Part shown: positions 36,159-45,554 of the stretch, one piece after another
How the letters are laid out: the number at the start of each line of letters is the position of its first letter
Numbering within the stretch: the first letter of the stretch is position 1
Assembly (NCBI GenBank): GCA_045656825.1
Contig: JAZORY010000056.1
Location: 34,424-98,423 of the forward strand
DNA length: 64,000 nucleotides
Reading direction: 5' to 3'
Source: Candidatus Avispirillum sp.
Lineage (GTDB): Bacteria; Bacillota; Clostridia; Oscillospirales; CAG-272
Translations under genes and position numbers: made by a program
Notes under the pieces: generated by a model
Databases searched by the model: none
What the model was told of the DNA's origin: nothing
The model's input: the letters and a program-made list of their open reading frames with translations, nothing else

Positions 36159-37735
36159 AATCAAAAACTTATTTAGTTTATTTGCTCTATGCTATATGCG
36201 GTGCGCTCTGCGCCATCCCTTATATAGAGAGCAATTTATGGATCCTTTCATGGATATGCTTCGTTCCCGTCCTTGCCTACGAATACGTTCGCAAAAGTGA
36301 TAACAGGCATCCATATTTCAAGGCTTGGAAAAGAGGATTCATCTTCTTCTATTCCTACGGACTTGTTCTCTTCTACTGGTTCATAGAGCTTTATCCCCTT
36401 GATTTTGCCGGCTTTGAGCCGCTTGCAGCACTTGCCGTTGTTATACTCGCCTGGTTCGGTCTTCCTGCAGTTCAGGCAGTTGTTTCCGCTTTTATCGTTG
36501 TTATGCTTTGCTTTTTCAAAAAGCACGGCGTCAAAACTTGCTTTTATCCCGTTTTTGCAGCTTGTCTTTGGGTTGTGGTTGAATGGATGCATACACAAAC
36601 GTGGCTGGGACTTCCCTGGGGAAGACTTGCACTTGGTCAGATCGGACACATATCAAACATTCAAAGCGCTTCTCTTCTCGGGTCCTACTTCGTTGCCTTT
36701 ATTATAGTTTCGTGCGCAGGATATTTGACATTGTCCGTAATTAGCATCAAAAAGGCAACTACAAAAAAGGCGATTGCATATTTCTTTTGCGCGGTTTTGA
36801 TCTTCTCAGCCAACAGCATTTTCGGAAATATAATGCTTAACCGACCTTCTGACAGAGAAAAGATAACTGCTGCAGCAATTCAAGGCAATTTTTCAACCGA
36901 AGAAAAATGGGATGAAGAAGAAAAGGATGCTTTTGAGGTTCACAGAACGATTACTCTTGATGCTGCAAGTGAGGGAGCTGAGCTGATCGTATGGTCTGAA
37001 ACGTCCCTTCCCTATCGCATTAACGTTGTCAAATGGATAGAGGATTTTGCCGAAGGCCTTGCTGTTGATTCCGAGGCGGAAATCATCTTCGGTTGCTTTG
37101 AAGCTAATGATGATGACTTTTATAATATCACCAAATACGTTTCCCGTGATGGCGAAATGAGCGATCACTCATATGCAAAGCGCAAGCTTGTTCCATTTGG
37201 AGAATACGTTCCTATGAGAGCGCTTGTCAGCGCTGTATTCCCCTTTCTAAATGATATCTCTCTTCTCAAAACAGACCTTGAAAGCGGAACTGACTCTAAT
37301 CTCTTTGAAGGCAAGCACGGAAAAATCGGAAGCCTTATCTGCTTTGACTCTGTTTACGAGGAAATCGCACGAGATGCCGTTCGTGATGGAGCTGAGCTGC
37401 TTTGTATTTCAACAAACGATTCCTGGTTCGGCGCTTCATCCGCTCTTTATCAGCACAACGGACAAGCCGTGCTTCGCAGCGTTGAGAACGGCAGATACAC
37501 CGTCAGAGCGGCAAACACAGGTGTTTCCACCATTATTTCCAACAGAGGTGAAATACTTGACATGATGCCTGCCGAAACCGAGGGATATGCTATCGGAGAC
37601 GTTGAATTTATCAGCGAAAATACGCTTTACAATTGCGTTGGCAACCTACTGGTTTATTTATCAATAGCATTTATCGCATCGCTCTTTCTTTTTTATGCAA
37701 TAAAGGATAAATTAAATGGACATTCTTATAGATAA
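36155..37735 (+). CDS. lnt: Apolipoprotein N-acyltransferase-like protein (N-terminal polytopic domain plus CN-hydrolase domain)
   Basis: About 7-8 TM helices are followed by a nitrilase-superfamily domain with candidate E-K-C triad contexts IVWSETSLP, KRKLVPFGEYVP and SLICFDSVY. The start has an ATGA overlap with the upstream gene, and the 3' end overlaps the downstream gene by 20 nt. Confidence 0.8.
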   Translation: MKSKTYLVYLLYAICGALCAIPYIESNLWILSWICFVPVLAYEYVRKSDNRHPYFKAWKRGFIFFYSYGLVLFYWFIELYPLDFAGFEPLAALAVVILAWFGLPAVQAVVSAFIVVMLCFFKKHGVKTCFYPVFAACLWVVVEWMHTQTWLGLPWGRLALGQIGHISNIQSASLLGSYFVAFIIVSCAGYLTLSVISIKKATTKKAIAYFFCAVLIFSANSIFGNIMLNRPSDREKITAAAIQGNFSTEEKWDEEEKDAFEVHRTITLDAASEGAELIVWSETSLPYRINVVKWIEDFAEGLAVDSEAEIIFGCFEANDDDFYNITKYVSRDGEMSDHSYAKRKLVPFGEYVPMRALVSAVFPFLNDISLLKTDLESGTDSNLFEGKHGKIGSLICFDSVYEEIARDAVRDGAELLCISTNDSWFGASSALYQHNGQAVLRSVENGRYTVRAANTGVSTIISNRGEILDMMPAETEGYAIGDVEFISENTLYNCVGNLLVYLSIAFIASLFLFYAIKDKLNGHSYR

Positions 37736-38690
37736 AGAAAACGACGGAAAAACTATAAAACAGCTGCTTCTGAAGGATATGGGATACTCAACCCATATGC
37801 TGAAAAAGCTGAAGTTTACTGAGGGCGGAATCCTTGTCAACGGGCAGTTCAAAACAGTTCGCTACGTGCTCCAATCAGGCGATGTGCTGTCCCTTGCCTG
37901 CGAAGATACGGAGGAGGATACCTCACCTTATATCACTCCCGTCGATCTGAAATTGAGCATAGCCTACGAGGACGAGCATCTGACCGTGGCAGACAAGCCT
38001 CCGTCAATGCCCGCTCATCCCTCTCTCGGACACAGAGACGACACCGTTGCAAACGCTCTCGCCTTCAGATATCAGGAAAAGCCTTACGTTTTCCGCCCCG
38101 TTAACCGACTGGACCGCGACACAAGCGGTCTTATGATCTGCGCTAACACCCGTATTGCCGCTTACAGATTATATCAGAGCATGATATGCGGAGATATAAA
38201 AAAAGCCTACGTTGCAATTCTTGACGCTTCACCAGAAAAAGACGCCGACGTGCTCGTTTCATTTATGGGACGCTGCGAGGACAGTATCGTTAAAAGAAGA
38301 ATATTTGACGATGCCTCAGATGGCGCCAAAATTGCCGTAACTGCATACAGAATTATTGCAAAAACAGAAAAATATACTGTTGTTGCAGCTTCTCCCATAA
38401 CAGGCAGAACGCATCAGCTTCGTCTGCACTTTGCATCAATCGGATGCCCCATTACAGGCGACACGATGTATGGCAACGAAAACGCGGATATTAGCAGACA
38501 CGCTCTTCATTCGGCTTATACAGTCCTGCCCCATCCTGAAACAAAAGAAGCTCTCAATATCACCTCACCTCTTCCCGATGATATGAAAAATCTTCTCGGA
38601 AACGACGTTGCATGTCAGCTTGAAGCTGAGCTTACAGATCATATATCACAGCTTATGCAGCAAATTGAGAATTACGAAAAAACAGAATAG
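37716..38690 (+). CDS. RluA family pseudouridine synthase (second copy)
   Basis: VNRLDRDTSGLM and GRTHQLRLH motifs are present. 324 aa. Confidence 0.85.
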   Translation: MDILIDKENDGKTIKQLLLKDMGYSTHMLKKLKFTEGGILVNGQFKTVRYVLQSGDVLSLACEDTEEDTSPYITPVDLKLSIAYEDEHLTVADKPPSMPAHPSLGHRDDTVANALAFRYQEKPYVFRPVNRLDRDTSGLMICANTRIAAYRLYQSMICGDIKKAYVAILDASPEKDADVLVSFMGRCEDSIVKRRIFDDASDGAKIAVTAYRIIAKTEKYTVVAASPITGRTHQLRLHFASIGCPITGDTMYGNENADISRHALHSAYTVLPHPETKEALNITSPLPDDMKNLLGNDVACQLEAELTDHISQLMQQIENYEKTE

Positions 38691-38697
38691 CCACCAT

Positions 38698-38766
38698 ACT
38701 GCCGCCTATGACACATATTCCGTGAAAACGGAATATTATGTTAAAGTAAACCGCGGCAGTTTTTTA
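38698..38766 (+). terminator. Compound hairpin terminator
   Basis: The outer stem ACTGCCGC...GCGGCAGT is followed by TTTTT. It encloses an inner hairpin ATATTCCGtgaaaaCGGAATAT. Confidence 0.6.
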
Positions 38767-39000
38767 TTTATACATACAAATAAACCAAACAAACAGACGT
38801 TTTGATGTGCAAAGTTCACAACAATGTGTTCCGCACTCAAAATAATATAAAAATCTCTTTATTTTCTGCCGCCAATCTGCTATAATTATGATAACTGTAA
38901 AACTATGCAATTTTTTAATTGAGCTATACTGCCGAGTGCAGTTTTCCCTATATAATTTGATCAAAGCGAAAGCATATTCTATGAAAGGATTCTTCATTGT

Positions 39001-40275
39001 ATGGATAAGATAATTGTAAACGGTGGCAATCAGCTGAACGGCACCGTTGAGATCAGCGGTATGAAAAATGCTGCTCTCCCGATTATTTACGCCTGCGTGC
39101 TCGTTGGCGCGAAATGTACCATTGAAAACGTTCCTAACGTTCGCGACGTTGCACTTTCTCTTGAAATCCTGCGCGGAATGGGCGCTACTATAAATAAGCT
39201 TAACGACACCACTGTTGAAATAGACTGCACTAACGTTACACCCGGCTCAGCTAATCCTGAGCTTGCCAAGAAGATCAGAGCCTCCTACTATTTGATGGGA
39301 GCAGAGCTTGGAAGATTCAAAACATCCAAGGTTGCTTTCCCCGGCGGCTGCGATTTCGGCGGCAGACCTATCGACCAGCACATTAAGGGCTTTGAGATGC
39401 TTGGCGCAACAGTTAATTCCACATGTGATTACGTTGAAATGAACGTTAACGAGGAGGACTTCTACGGAACAAGCATATTCTTTGATATCGTTACTGTTGG
39501 CGCAACAATGAACGTTATGCTGGCAGCAGTTCTTGCAAAAGGCAATACTATCATCGAAAACGCCGCAAGAGAGCCCCACATCGTTGACCTTGCAAACTTC
39601 CTCAACACCTGCGGTGCCAGAATCAGCGGTGCAGGTACTGACGTTATCAAGATCAAGGGCGTTGAAAAGCTTCACGGTTCAACTTATGCTATCATCCCCG
39701 ATATGATAGAAGCAGGAACATATATGATCGCTGCTGCTGCAACCGGCGGCACCATCAAGGTTACAAACGTTATCCCCAAGCACCTTGAATCCATCTCTGC
39801 AAAGCTTGAGGAAAGCGGCTCTATTGTTGAAGAATTCGGCGATGCCGTTATTGTAACGGGCAGAAGCAAAATCAGAAAAGCAAACGTTAAAACACATCCC
39901 TATCCCGGATTCCCCACAGATATGCAGCCTCAGATGGCAACTCTTCTCTGCCTCGCAAGCGGAGTGAGCTACGTTTCAGAGGGTGTTTACGAGAAGCGCT
40001 TCCGCTACGTTGAGGAGCTTCAGAAAATGGGCGCGTCCATTAAGGTTGACGGAAGAATGGCTGTTATTGAAGGCGGTCTGCCTCTTCACGGCGCGGATGT
40101 TGTTGCAGTTGACCTTCGTGCAGGCGTTGCAATGATCATTGCAGGTCTTGTTGCTGAAGGAACAACAACAATCAGTAATATCCATCTCATCGAGCGCGGA
40201 TATGATGACGTTGTTGGTAAATTCCGTTCACTTGGAGCAGATATTCAGAAAATTACTGTTCCTGACGAAAACTAA
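39001..40275 (+). CDS. murA: UDP-N-acetylglucosamine 1-carboxyvinyltransferase
   Basis: MDKIIVNGGNQLNGTVEISGMKNAALPI is present, and the active-site Cys context FPGGCDFGGRPID. 424 aa. Confidence 0.92.
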   Translation: MDKIIVNGGNQLNGTVEISGMKNAALPIIYACVLVGAKCTIENVPNVRDVALSLEILRGMGATINKLNDTTVEIDCTNVTPGSANPELAKKIRASYYLMGAELGRFKTSKVAFPGGCDFGGRPIDQHIKGFEMLGATVNSTCDYVEMNVNEEDFYGTSIFFDIVTVGATMNVMLAAVLAKGNTIIENAAREPHIVDLANFLNTCGARISGAGTDVIKIKGVEKLHGSTYAIIPDMIEAGTYMIAAAATGGTIKVTNVIPKHLESISAKLEESGSIVEEFGDAVIVTGRSKIRKANVKTHPYPGFPTDMQPQMATLLCLASGVSYVSEGVYEKRFRYVEELQKMGASIKVDGRMAVIEGGLPLHGADVVAVDLRAGVAMIIAGLVAEGTTTISNIHLIERGYDDVVGKFRSLGADIQKITVPDEN

Positions 40276-40301
40276 AATTTAATACTAAGGAGATTATAAA
40301 A

Positions 40302-40502
40302 ATGGAAGTTACAAAGGAAACTATTATCGGCGATATTCTTGATTTTGATATCGAAACATCTCAGTTCTTTTTCGAGATCGGTATGCACTGCCTTGGTTGC
40401 CCTCACTCCAGAGGCGAAAGCATTGAGGCTGCTTGCGACGTTCACGGAACAGATGCTGATCTTCTCGTTGAAAAGATCAACGCTTTCCTCGCTGCAAAAT
40501 AA
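40302..40502 (+). CDS. DUF1858 (hybrid-cluster-protein-associated redox disulfide-like) small protein
   Basis: 66-aa ORF. The pattern ETIIGDIL...FFFEIGMHCLGCPHSRGESIEAACDVHG is typical of DUF1858. Confidence 0.7.
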   Translation: MEVTKETIIGDILDFDIETSQFFFEIGMHCLGCPHSRGESIEAACDVHGTDADLLVEKINAFLAAK

Positions 40503-40507
40503 TATAA

Positions 40508-40541
40508 ACAGGGCTGCTTAAAATCGCAGCCCTTGATTTTT
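40508..40541 (+). terminator. Rho-independent terminator
   Basis: The sequence is GGGCTGCttaaaatcGCAGCCCttgattttt. Confidence 0.7.
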
Positions 40542-40542
40542 A

Positions 40543-41271
40543 ATGACTATGAAAAACAAAACTATAAAGCTTGATCCCCGCCTTTCCCTTGCAGCCTCCT
40601 TTGTTTCGGGAAGGGTTGCGGCAGATATTGGCACAGACCACGCTTATATTCCCATATATCTTCTCACGAGCGGCAAATGCAGCTATGCTATTGCCTCCGA
40701 CATAAACGAAGGTCCTCTTATGAGAGCCAAGGCAAACGCTGCTGACTACAAGGTTGACAGCAGCATTTATTTCGGCCTTACAGACGGTCTTCGCGACCTT
40801 CCTCTTCTTGAAAAGGAGGTTTCAGATATCGTTATTTGCGGAATGGGCGGTGAGCTTATCGCAAGTATTCTTGAAGCCTCTGAATATGCTCACAAAAGCG
40901 GAGTTAACCTTATCCTTCAGCCTATGTCCAGCATTGACGAGCTGAGAGAATATCTTTCTCAAAAGGGCTTTGAAATAAAAAATGAGGGCATATGCAGCTC
41001 GCAGGGTAAAATATACCAGTGTATCAATTGCACGTATACGGGAAATCCCTATTCCCTTTCCTACGCTGAAAAAGCTCTCGGAAAGATAAACATTGAAAAC
41101 GGAATTTCCAACCCCCATTTTATGCCCCTTCTCTCTAAGCTCACAGAGCAGACGAGACATATCATTCTCGGCAAACAAAAGGGCGGTAGCGATCCCGAAA
41201 AGGAGCAGACGCTGCTTTTGGAGCTTGAAGCAATCGCAAAGAAATTAGGAGATAACCATGAAGATTTCTGA
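40543..41271 (+). CDS. trmK: tRNA (adenine22-N1)-methyltransferase
   Basis: LDPRLSLAASFVSGRVAADIGTDHAYIPIYLL matches TrmK/YqfN. It lies upstream of a nif3/yqfO homolog, as in Bacillus. Confidence 0.8.
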   Translation: MTMKNKTIKLDPRLSLAASFVSGRVAADIGTDHAYIPIYLLTSGKCSYAIASDINEGPLMRAKANAADYKVDSSIYFGLTDGLRDLPLLEKEVSDIVICGMGGELIASILEASEYAHKSGVNLILQPMSSIDELREYLSQKGFEIKNEGICSSQGKIYQCINCTYTGNPYSLSYAEKALGKINIENGISNPHFMPLLSKLTEQTRHIILGKQKGGSDPEKEQTLLLELEAIAKKLGDNHEDF

Positions 41272-42022
41272 TTTTTATAAGGAGCTGTGCGACCTTTATC
41301 CCTCTGCGCTCTCTTGCGCCTGGGACAACGATGGTCTTATGTGCTCCATTGACTCTGAGGCGACCGTTAAGCGCGTTCTCGTTTGTCTTGATGCAACAGC
41401 CGATGCTGTAAGCTATGCCGCTAAAAACGGCTTTGATACTATCCTCACGCATCATCCTATGATATTCAAGGGGCTTAAGTCTATCACAGATGCCACTCTT
41501 TACGGCCACAAGGCTCTTGATTGCCTCAGAGGCGGTATCTCCGTTATTTCCATGCACACTCGCTTTGATGCAGGAAAAGACGGCGTTAACGACGTTCTTG
41601 CAAACACACTGGGACTTAAAGATATCAGCGCATTTGGAGACGAGGAATGCGAAACTCTCGGCAGAATCGGCCACATCACACCTATGGCACCCGAAGAGTT
41701 TGCGGCACTTGTTCGCGACAAGCTTGGATGCGTTGCCGTAAACGCTTTTTTGTCCGATAAAATTATTGAAAAAGTTGCAGTTGTAGGCGGTGGCGCAGGA
41801 GACTTTATAATCCCTGCCAAGCTCGCAGGAGCTGATGCTTTTGTTTGCGGCGAATGCCAGTACAATTCCGCACTTGACGCGGCAGATGATGGAATGACCA
41901 TCATTGAAGCAGGCCACTATCAGACAGAATTCCCCGCCTGCCAGCGACTTGCCGAGCTTGCCCGCACTATTGCAGGAGCTGAGGCTGAGATATACGGCGT
42001 TAAAACTTTTAAGCAGATATAA
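41258..42022 (+). CDS. Nif3-like dinuclear metal centre protein (YqfO family)
   Basis: The ILTHHPMIFKG and EAGHYQTE motifs are present. The gene overlaps trmK by 14 nt. Confidence 0.85.
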   Translation: MKISDFYKELCDLYPSALSCAWDNDGLMCSIDSEATVKRVLVCLDATADAVSYAAKNGFDTILTHHPMIFKGLKSITDATLYGHKALDCLRGGISVISMHTRFDAGKDGVNDVLANTLGLKDISAFGDEECETLGRIGHITPMAPEEFAALVRDKLGCVAVNAFLSDKIIEKVAVVGGGAGDFIIPAKLAGADAFVCGECQYNSALDAADDGMTIIEAGHYQTEFPACQRLAELARTIAGAEAEIYGVKTFKQI

Positions 42023-42024
42023 AA

Positions 42025-42068
42025 GAAAAAGATGGGCACCTGCAAAAAAGCAGGTGCCCATCTTTGTG
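42025..42068. terminator. Bidirectional terminator (13-bp stem)
   Basis: The sequence is aaaaaGATGGGCACCTGCaaaaaaGCAGGTGCCCATCtttgtgt. Confidence 0.85.
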
Positions 42069-42123
42069 TAGACCTCCTTTCCAAAAGAAAAGGATTTAGC
42101 AATAATAAAGTTGTTTATAGATT

Positions 42124-44229
42124 TTATTTAGATAAATACTTTCTTACCCAAAGCAAATCTTTGGCATTTATCTTGCCATCATAATTTATATCAGCTGCCT
42201 TATAATTGATATCATCGTCGTTATAAATGCAAGCACAATATTTTCTATATGTAAGCACATCAGCTGCTGTTATGCTGCTATCACCGTCTGTATCGCCCAT
42301 ATATACAAATTCATAAGCCTCAAACGCATTTTGTTCAAATCCAATTTTATCAATCTTTTCAAAATCTTCTTTTGAGCCATAATAATATATATCTTTTAAG
42401 CTTTCACAATTTGTAAATAGGGACATAACTATCTCTTCAAGTGAAGACGGCAATCTCACCTCTTCTAAAGCAGAACAATTTGTAAATACATCAGCTCCAA
42501 TTCTTATAACTCCCTCAGGAATTGTTATGGATTTTAAGGATTTGCACATCTGAAATGTGGTGGCCTCTAAAGTTTTCAAATTTGTAGGTAGCACAATTGT
42601 TTCCAATAAATCACATCCCGAAAATGCATTTTTACCAATATAATTTACGCTGTCAGGCAGATCGATAGTTTTAATAGCGCACCTGGTAAATGCACCTCCA
42701 CCGATAGTTTCTAACAAGCTTCCCTCTCCAAAGGTTATGTTAGCCAGTTTTGAGCAACTTGCAAATGTGGTTTGAGCCAGCTCTTTAACATTAGAAGAAA
42801 TATAAACTGATTCAAGATTATCGCATGATTTGAAAGCAGATGTTTCTATCGAAGTGACACTATCAGGTATCACTACAGATACTATTCCGGAATCCTTAAA
42901 AGCATCCTCCATAATTGTTTCCACACCGTAATGTATTTCGGCATATACAAGTTTTGTACATCCGTCAAATGCTCTATTCCCTATTACCTTTACAGTTTCA
43001 GGAATAACGATGCTTTCCAGATTGTAACAGTCTGCAAAAGTGTAAGTTTTAATTTCTTTCACCCCATACGGTATGTTAACGGATTTCAATGCATAACAAC
43101 GCCAAAATGCATTACTTCCTATTTCAGTTACCGTTTCAGGAATAGTTACACATTCAATCTCATCGCAATAAGTAAAAGCATTGCTTTCAATTTTTGTTAT
43201 ACGATGTCCGTCTATTTCAGCAGGAATTATTATTTCTGTTCCGTCACCGTTTAAAACCGTTCCTGTGCCGTTAAAGCAGATATAGTTAAAATATCCGTTT
43301 TCCGTAGCATATGTACCACAATCAAACCAATCTCCGCAATCATATATTAAGTTGTAGGTATATATGTACATTTTCAGGTTGTTATATTCAATTTCTTCAA
43401 ATTCCTCTTTGCTTAATGCATAATACACTTTTTCAAAATTGGAACAGTTTTTAAACATATCATCTCCAATTTCTACAACAGTAGACGGAAACATCGCAAA
43501 TTCAAGATTTGAGCATCCTGAAAAAGCATAGTCATCAACTTCTACAACACCAACAGGTATAGCAACACCCACAAAGGAACAACCTGAAAATGCACTTTTT
43601 CCTATGTAAGTCAGCTTTTCAGGGAAATAAGGATTCACCAATGCTGTACATCTTGAAAATGCGCCATCTCCGATAGAAGTTACATTCTCCGACATATTTA
43701 CGGTTGTTAAGTACTTACAATCACACAGCAACAATTCCGGAATTTCCGTTATTGTTTCGGGAATTGTAATTTCTTTTATATTACAATAACGGAAAACCTC
43801 TTTACCAAGAGAAACCAAATTTTCAGGCAACTCAAAGTTTTCTACAAAGCAACAACTCTTAAATGCAGCATCGCCTATAATTGTTACGCTTTCCGGAATA
43901 TTGATACTGACAAGCTTACTGCAAGCTCTGAATGCTTCTTTTTTAATAGTTGTTAAGGTTTCAGGAAGTGTGATGCTTTTTACATTCACCTTATTATAGA
44001 ACGCTTTTTCTCCAATTGTTGTTACAGGATATCCATCTATTTCAGATGGTATTACTACATCCTCTCCTGTAATATACTCAGTTACAGTAACCTCATCGTT
44101 TTCAACGGAATAGAAAAACGAGCCTTCCGATTCAGAAGTGTATTTCAATTTTTCTGCCGAAGCTACAAACGGCAATGAAGCAATGAGTAATACAATTGCC
44201 ACCAATAATAATGCTTTTTTCATACGCAT
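42124..44229 (-). CDS. Secreted BspA-type leucine-rich-repeat protein with C-terminal dockerin
   Basis: The signal peptide is MRMKKALLLVAIVLLIASLPFVASA. About 20 LRR_5-like units follow (IPxxVxxIGxxAFxxCxxL). The C-terminal dockerin is GDTDGDSSITAADVLTYRKY...AADINYDGKINAKDLLWVRKYL. Confidence 0.8.
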   Translation of the reverse strand: MRMKKALLLVAIVLLIASLPFVASAEKLKYTSESEGSFFYSVENDEVTVTEYITGEDVVIPSEIDGYPVTTIGEKAFYNKVNVKSITLPETLTTIKKEAFRACSKLVSINIPESVTIIGDAAFKSCCFVENFELPENLVSLGKEVFRYCNIKEITIPETITEIPELLLCDCKYLTTVNMSENVTSIGDGAFSRCTALVNPYFPEKLTYIGKSAFSGCSFVGVAIPVGVVEVDDYAFSGCSNLEFAMFPSTVVEIGDDMFKNCSNFEKVYYALSKEEFEEIEYNNLKMYIYTYNLIYDCGDWFDCGTYATENGYFNYICFNGTGTVLNGDGTEIIIPAEIDGHRITKIESNAFTYCDEIECVTIPETVTEIGSNAFWRCYALKSVNIPYGVKEIKTYTFADCYNLESIVIPETVKVIGNRAFDGCTKLVYAEIHYGVETIMEDAFKDSGIVSVVIPDSVTSIETSAFKSCDNLESVYISSNVKELAQTTFASCSKLANITFGEGSLLETIGGGAFTRCAIKTIDLPDSVNYIGKNAFSGCDLLETIVLPTNLKTLEATTFQMCKSLKSITIPEGVIRIGADVFTNCSALEEVRLPSSLEEIVMSLFTNCESLKDIYYYGSKEDFEKIDKIGFEQNAFEAYEFVYMGDTDGDSSITAADVLTYRKYCACIYNDDDINYKAADINYDGKINAKDLLWVRKYLSK
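42460..44050 (-). repeat. Tandem LRR coding repeats (approximate bounds)
   Basis: Units of about 23-25 aa recur, for example ITIPETITEIPELLLCDCKYLTTVNMSENVTSIGDGAFSRCTAL. Confidence 0.55.
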
Positions 44230-44285
44230 ACCTCTTTTAATGTATTTACTATATAAACGAATAACTAAGAGATATTACTACATAT

Positions 44286-44999
44286 TTATTTTATATTTTC
44301 TGCAATTTTTAAGAGGATATCTTCATCCAACATTCCGTTAACAAAAACAGAAATATTGTTATCTCCCCAAACAATCGTACCCATATGCTCTTTTTCAGAA
44401 TAAGTTATATACGCTGTATAACCGTTTATTGTAGATTCGTACATTTCAGAATTTTCATTGTCCACGTATACTGACAGAACGTCTGTAGGTGCAATTGTTA
44501 TATTGATAACTTGATCGTTACCATTATCGTAAAGGTAGAATCTGCTAACTTCATCGCTCATATCCATGGTCAATTCATAACCATCCGGCAAATATCCTAT
44601 TTCAAGGTCAAAAATTGTTTTACCTTCAAGTAACTCACCTGTGATCTCATCTTCTGGGATTCGATTCATAAAAATGATATTATATTTATCATACCATTCA
44701 ACTACAGTTTCATAAACTGCCGCCTGAACATTAGTATTTGTAATAAGAACTGCGGAAAGCAATGTCACAATGGCTAAAATACACACCGCAACTCTTTGCA
44801 AATACAAAATTGCTATAGGTCTGTTATACTGCTTTTCCTTTTGTCTGTTCTTGATTCTGCGTATCTCTTTTTTCGGGCAAGGATATTTTTCCTTCAGCTC
44901 TTCCAGGCTTGGCTCGTTTTCTATTTCTCTTTTGGCAAACTCGGTAAAAGCCTGAGTTAAAACAGCATCAAAATATGCTTCATTAAACTTATTAGCCAT
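44286..44999 (-). CDS. Anti-sigma factor-like single-pass membrane protein with DUF4367-like C-terminal domain
   Basis: The gene has an 8-nt overlap with the upstream sigma gene. It has a cytoplasmic N-terminus, one TM helix (VAVCILAIVTLLSAVLI) and an extracytoplasmic domain ending GMLDEDILLKIAENIK, as is typical of DUF4367. Confidence 0.6.
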   Translation of the reverse strand: MANKFNEAYFDAVLTQAFTEFAKREIENEPSLEELKEKYPCPKKEIRRIKNRQKEKQYNRPIAILYLQRVAVCILAIVTLLSAVLITNTNVQAAVYETVVEWYDKYNIIFMNRIPEDEITGELLEGKTIFDLEIGYLPDGYELTMDMSDEVSRFYLYDNGNDQVINITIAPTDVLSVYVDNENSEMYESTINGYTAYITYSEKEHMGTIVWGDNNISVFVNGMLDEDILLKIAENIK

Positions 45000-45537
45000 T
45001 TGCGCTCTCCTCTCTGAGAATTTCTCGAAGTATCTTCTTTCCTCTAAAAATTCTCATGCTTACTGTTTTGGGATGCAAATTTAAAGCTTCAGCAATCTGC
45101 CACTCTTTTAATCCGTTCACATATTTCAAATAGCAAACTTCTCTGTATGTATCGCCAAGCGATTCGATCGTTTCAAGCAAACGCTTATAATTATCTTCGC
45201 TGACCACTATTTCCTCAGGATTTTCCGTTTCTGATGCTTCAATATATTCTTCTGCTTGAACTGTTTGATTCTCCTTCTTTCTCAGAAAATCTATGGATTT
45301 ATTCTTTGCTATTACTTTACAAAATCCCCTTGTGGTAAATTCATTGTTAATATCAACACATGAAATATTATCTATTACCGCAAGCATCGTCTCGTGAACT
45401 ATATCCTCAACATCATAGGAATCTTTCAAATATTTCATTGCTTCATATTTCATAACAGAATAATAATCAAGATATATTCTTTCAATTATATCTCTTTCCT
45501 CTTCTGTTGCCGCTAATGATAAATAGTATAAAAGCAT
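44992..45537 (-). CDS. Sigma-70 family (ECF-like) RNA polymerase sigma factor
   Basis: Region 2 is DIVHETMLAVIDN. Region 4 HTH is YLKYVNGLKEWQIAEALNLHPKTVSMRIFRGKKIL. 181 aa. Confidence 0.8.
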   Translation of the reverse strand: MLLYYLSLAATEEERDIIERIYLDYYSVMKYEAMKYLKDSYDVEDIVHETMLAVIDNISCVDINNEFTTRGFCKVIAKNKSIDFLRKKENQTVQAEEYIEASETENPEEIVVSEDNYKRLLETIESLGDTYREVCYLKYVNGLKEWQIAEALNLHPKTVSMRIFRGKKILREILREESANG

Positions 45538-45554
45538 TTTTTCCTCACTTATTT

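Noticed and set aside
38764-38997. 77-aa minus-strand ORF in the murA upstream region
   Set aside because: It has no RBS and lies in AT-rich intergenic sequence. Its product is implausible, and it would be divergent from nothing and convergent with the rluA terminator.
41162-42061. 299-aa minus-strand ORF antisense to the nif3-like gene
   Set aside because: It would read through the strong terminator at 42025-42068. It is also antisense to a gene with conserved Nif3 motifs.
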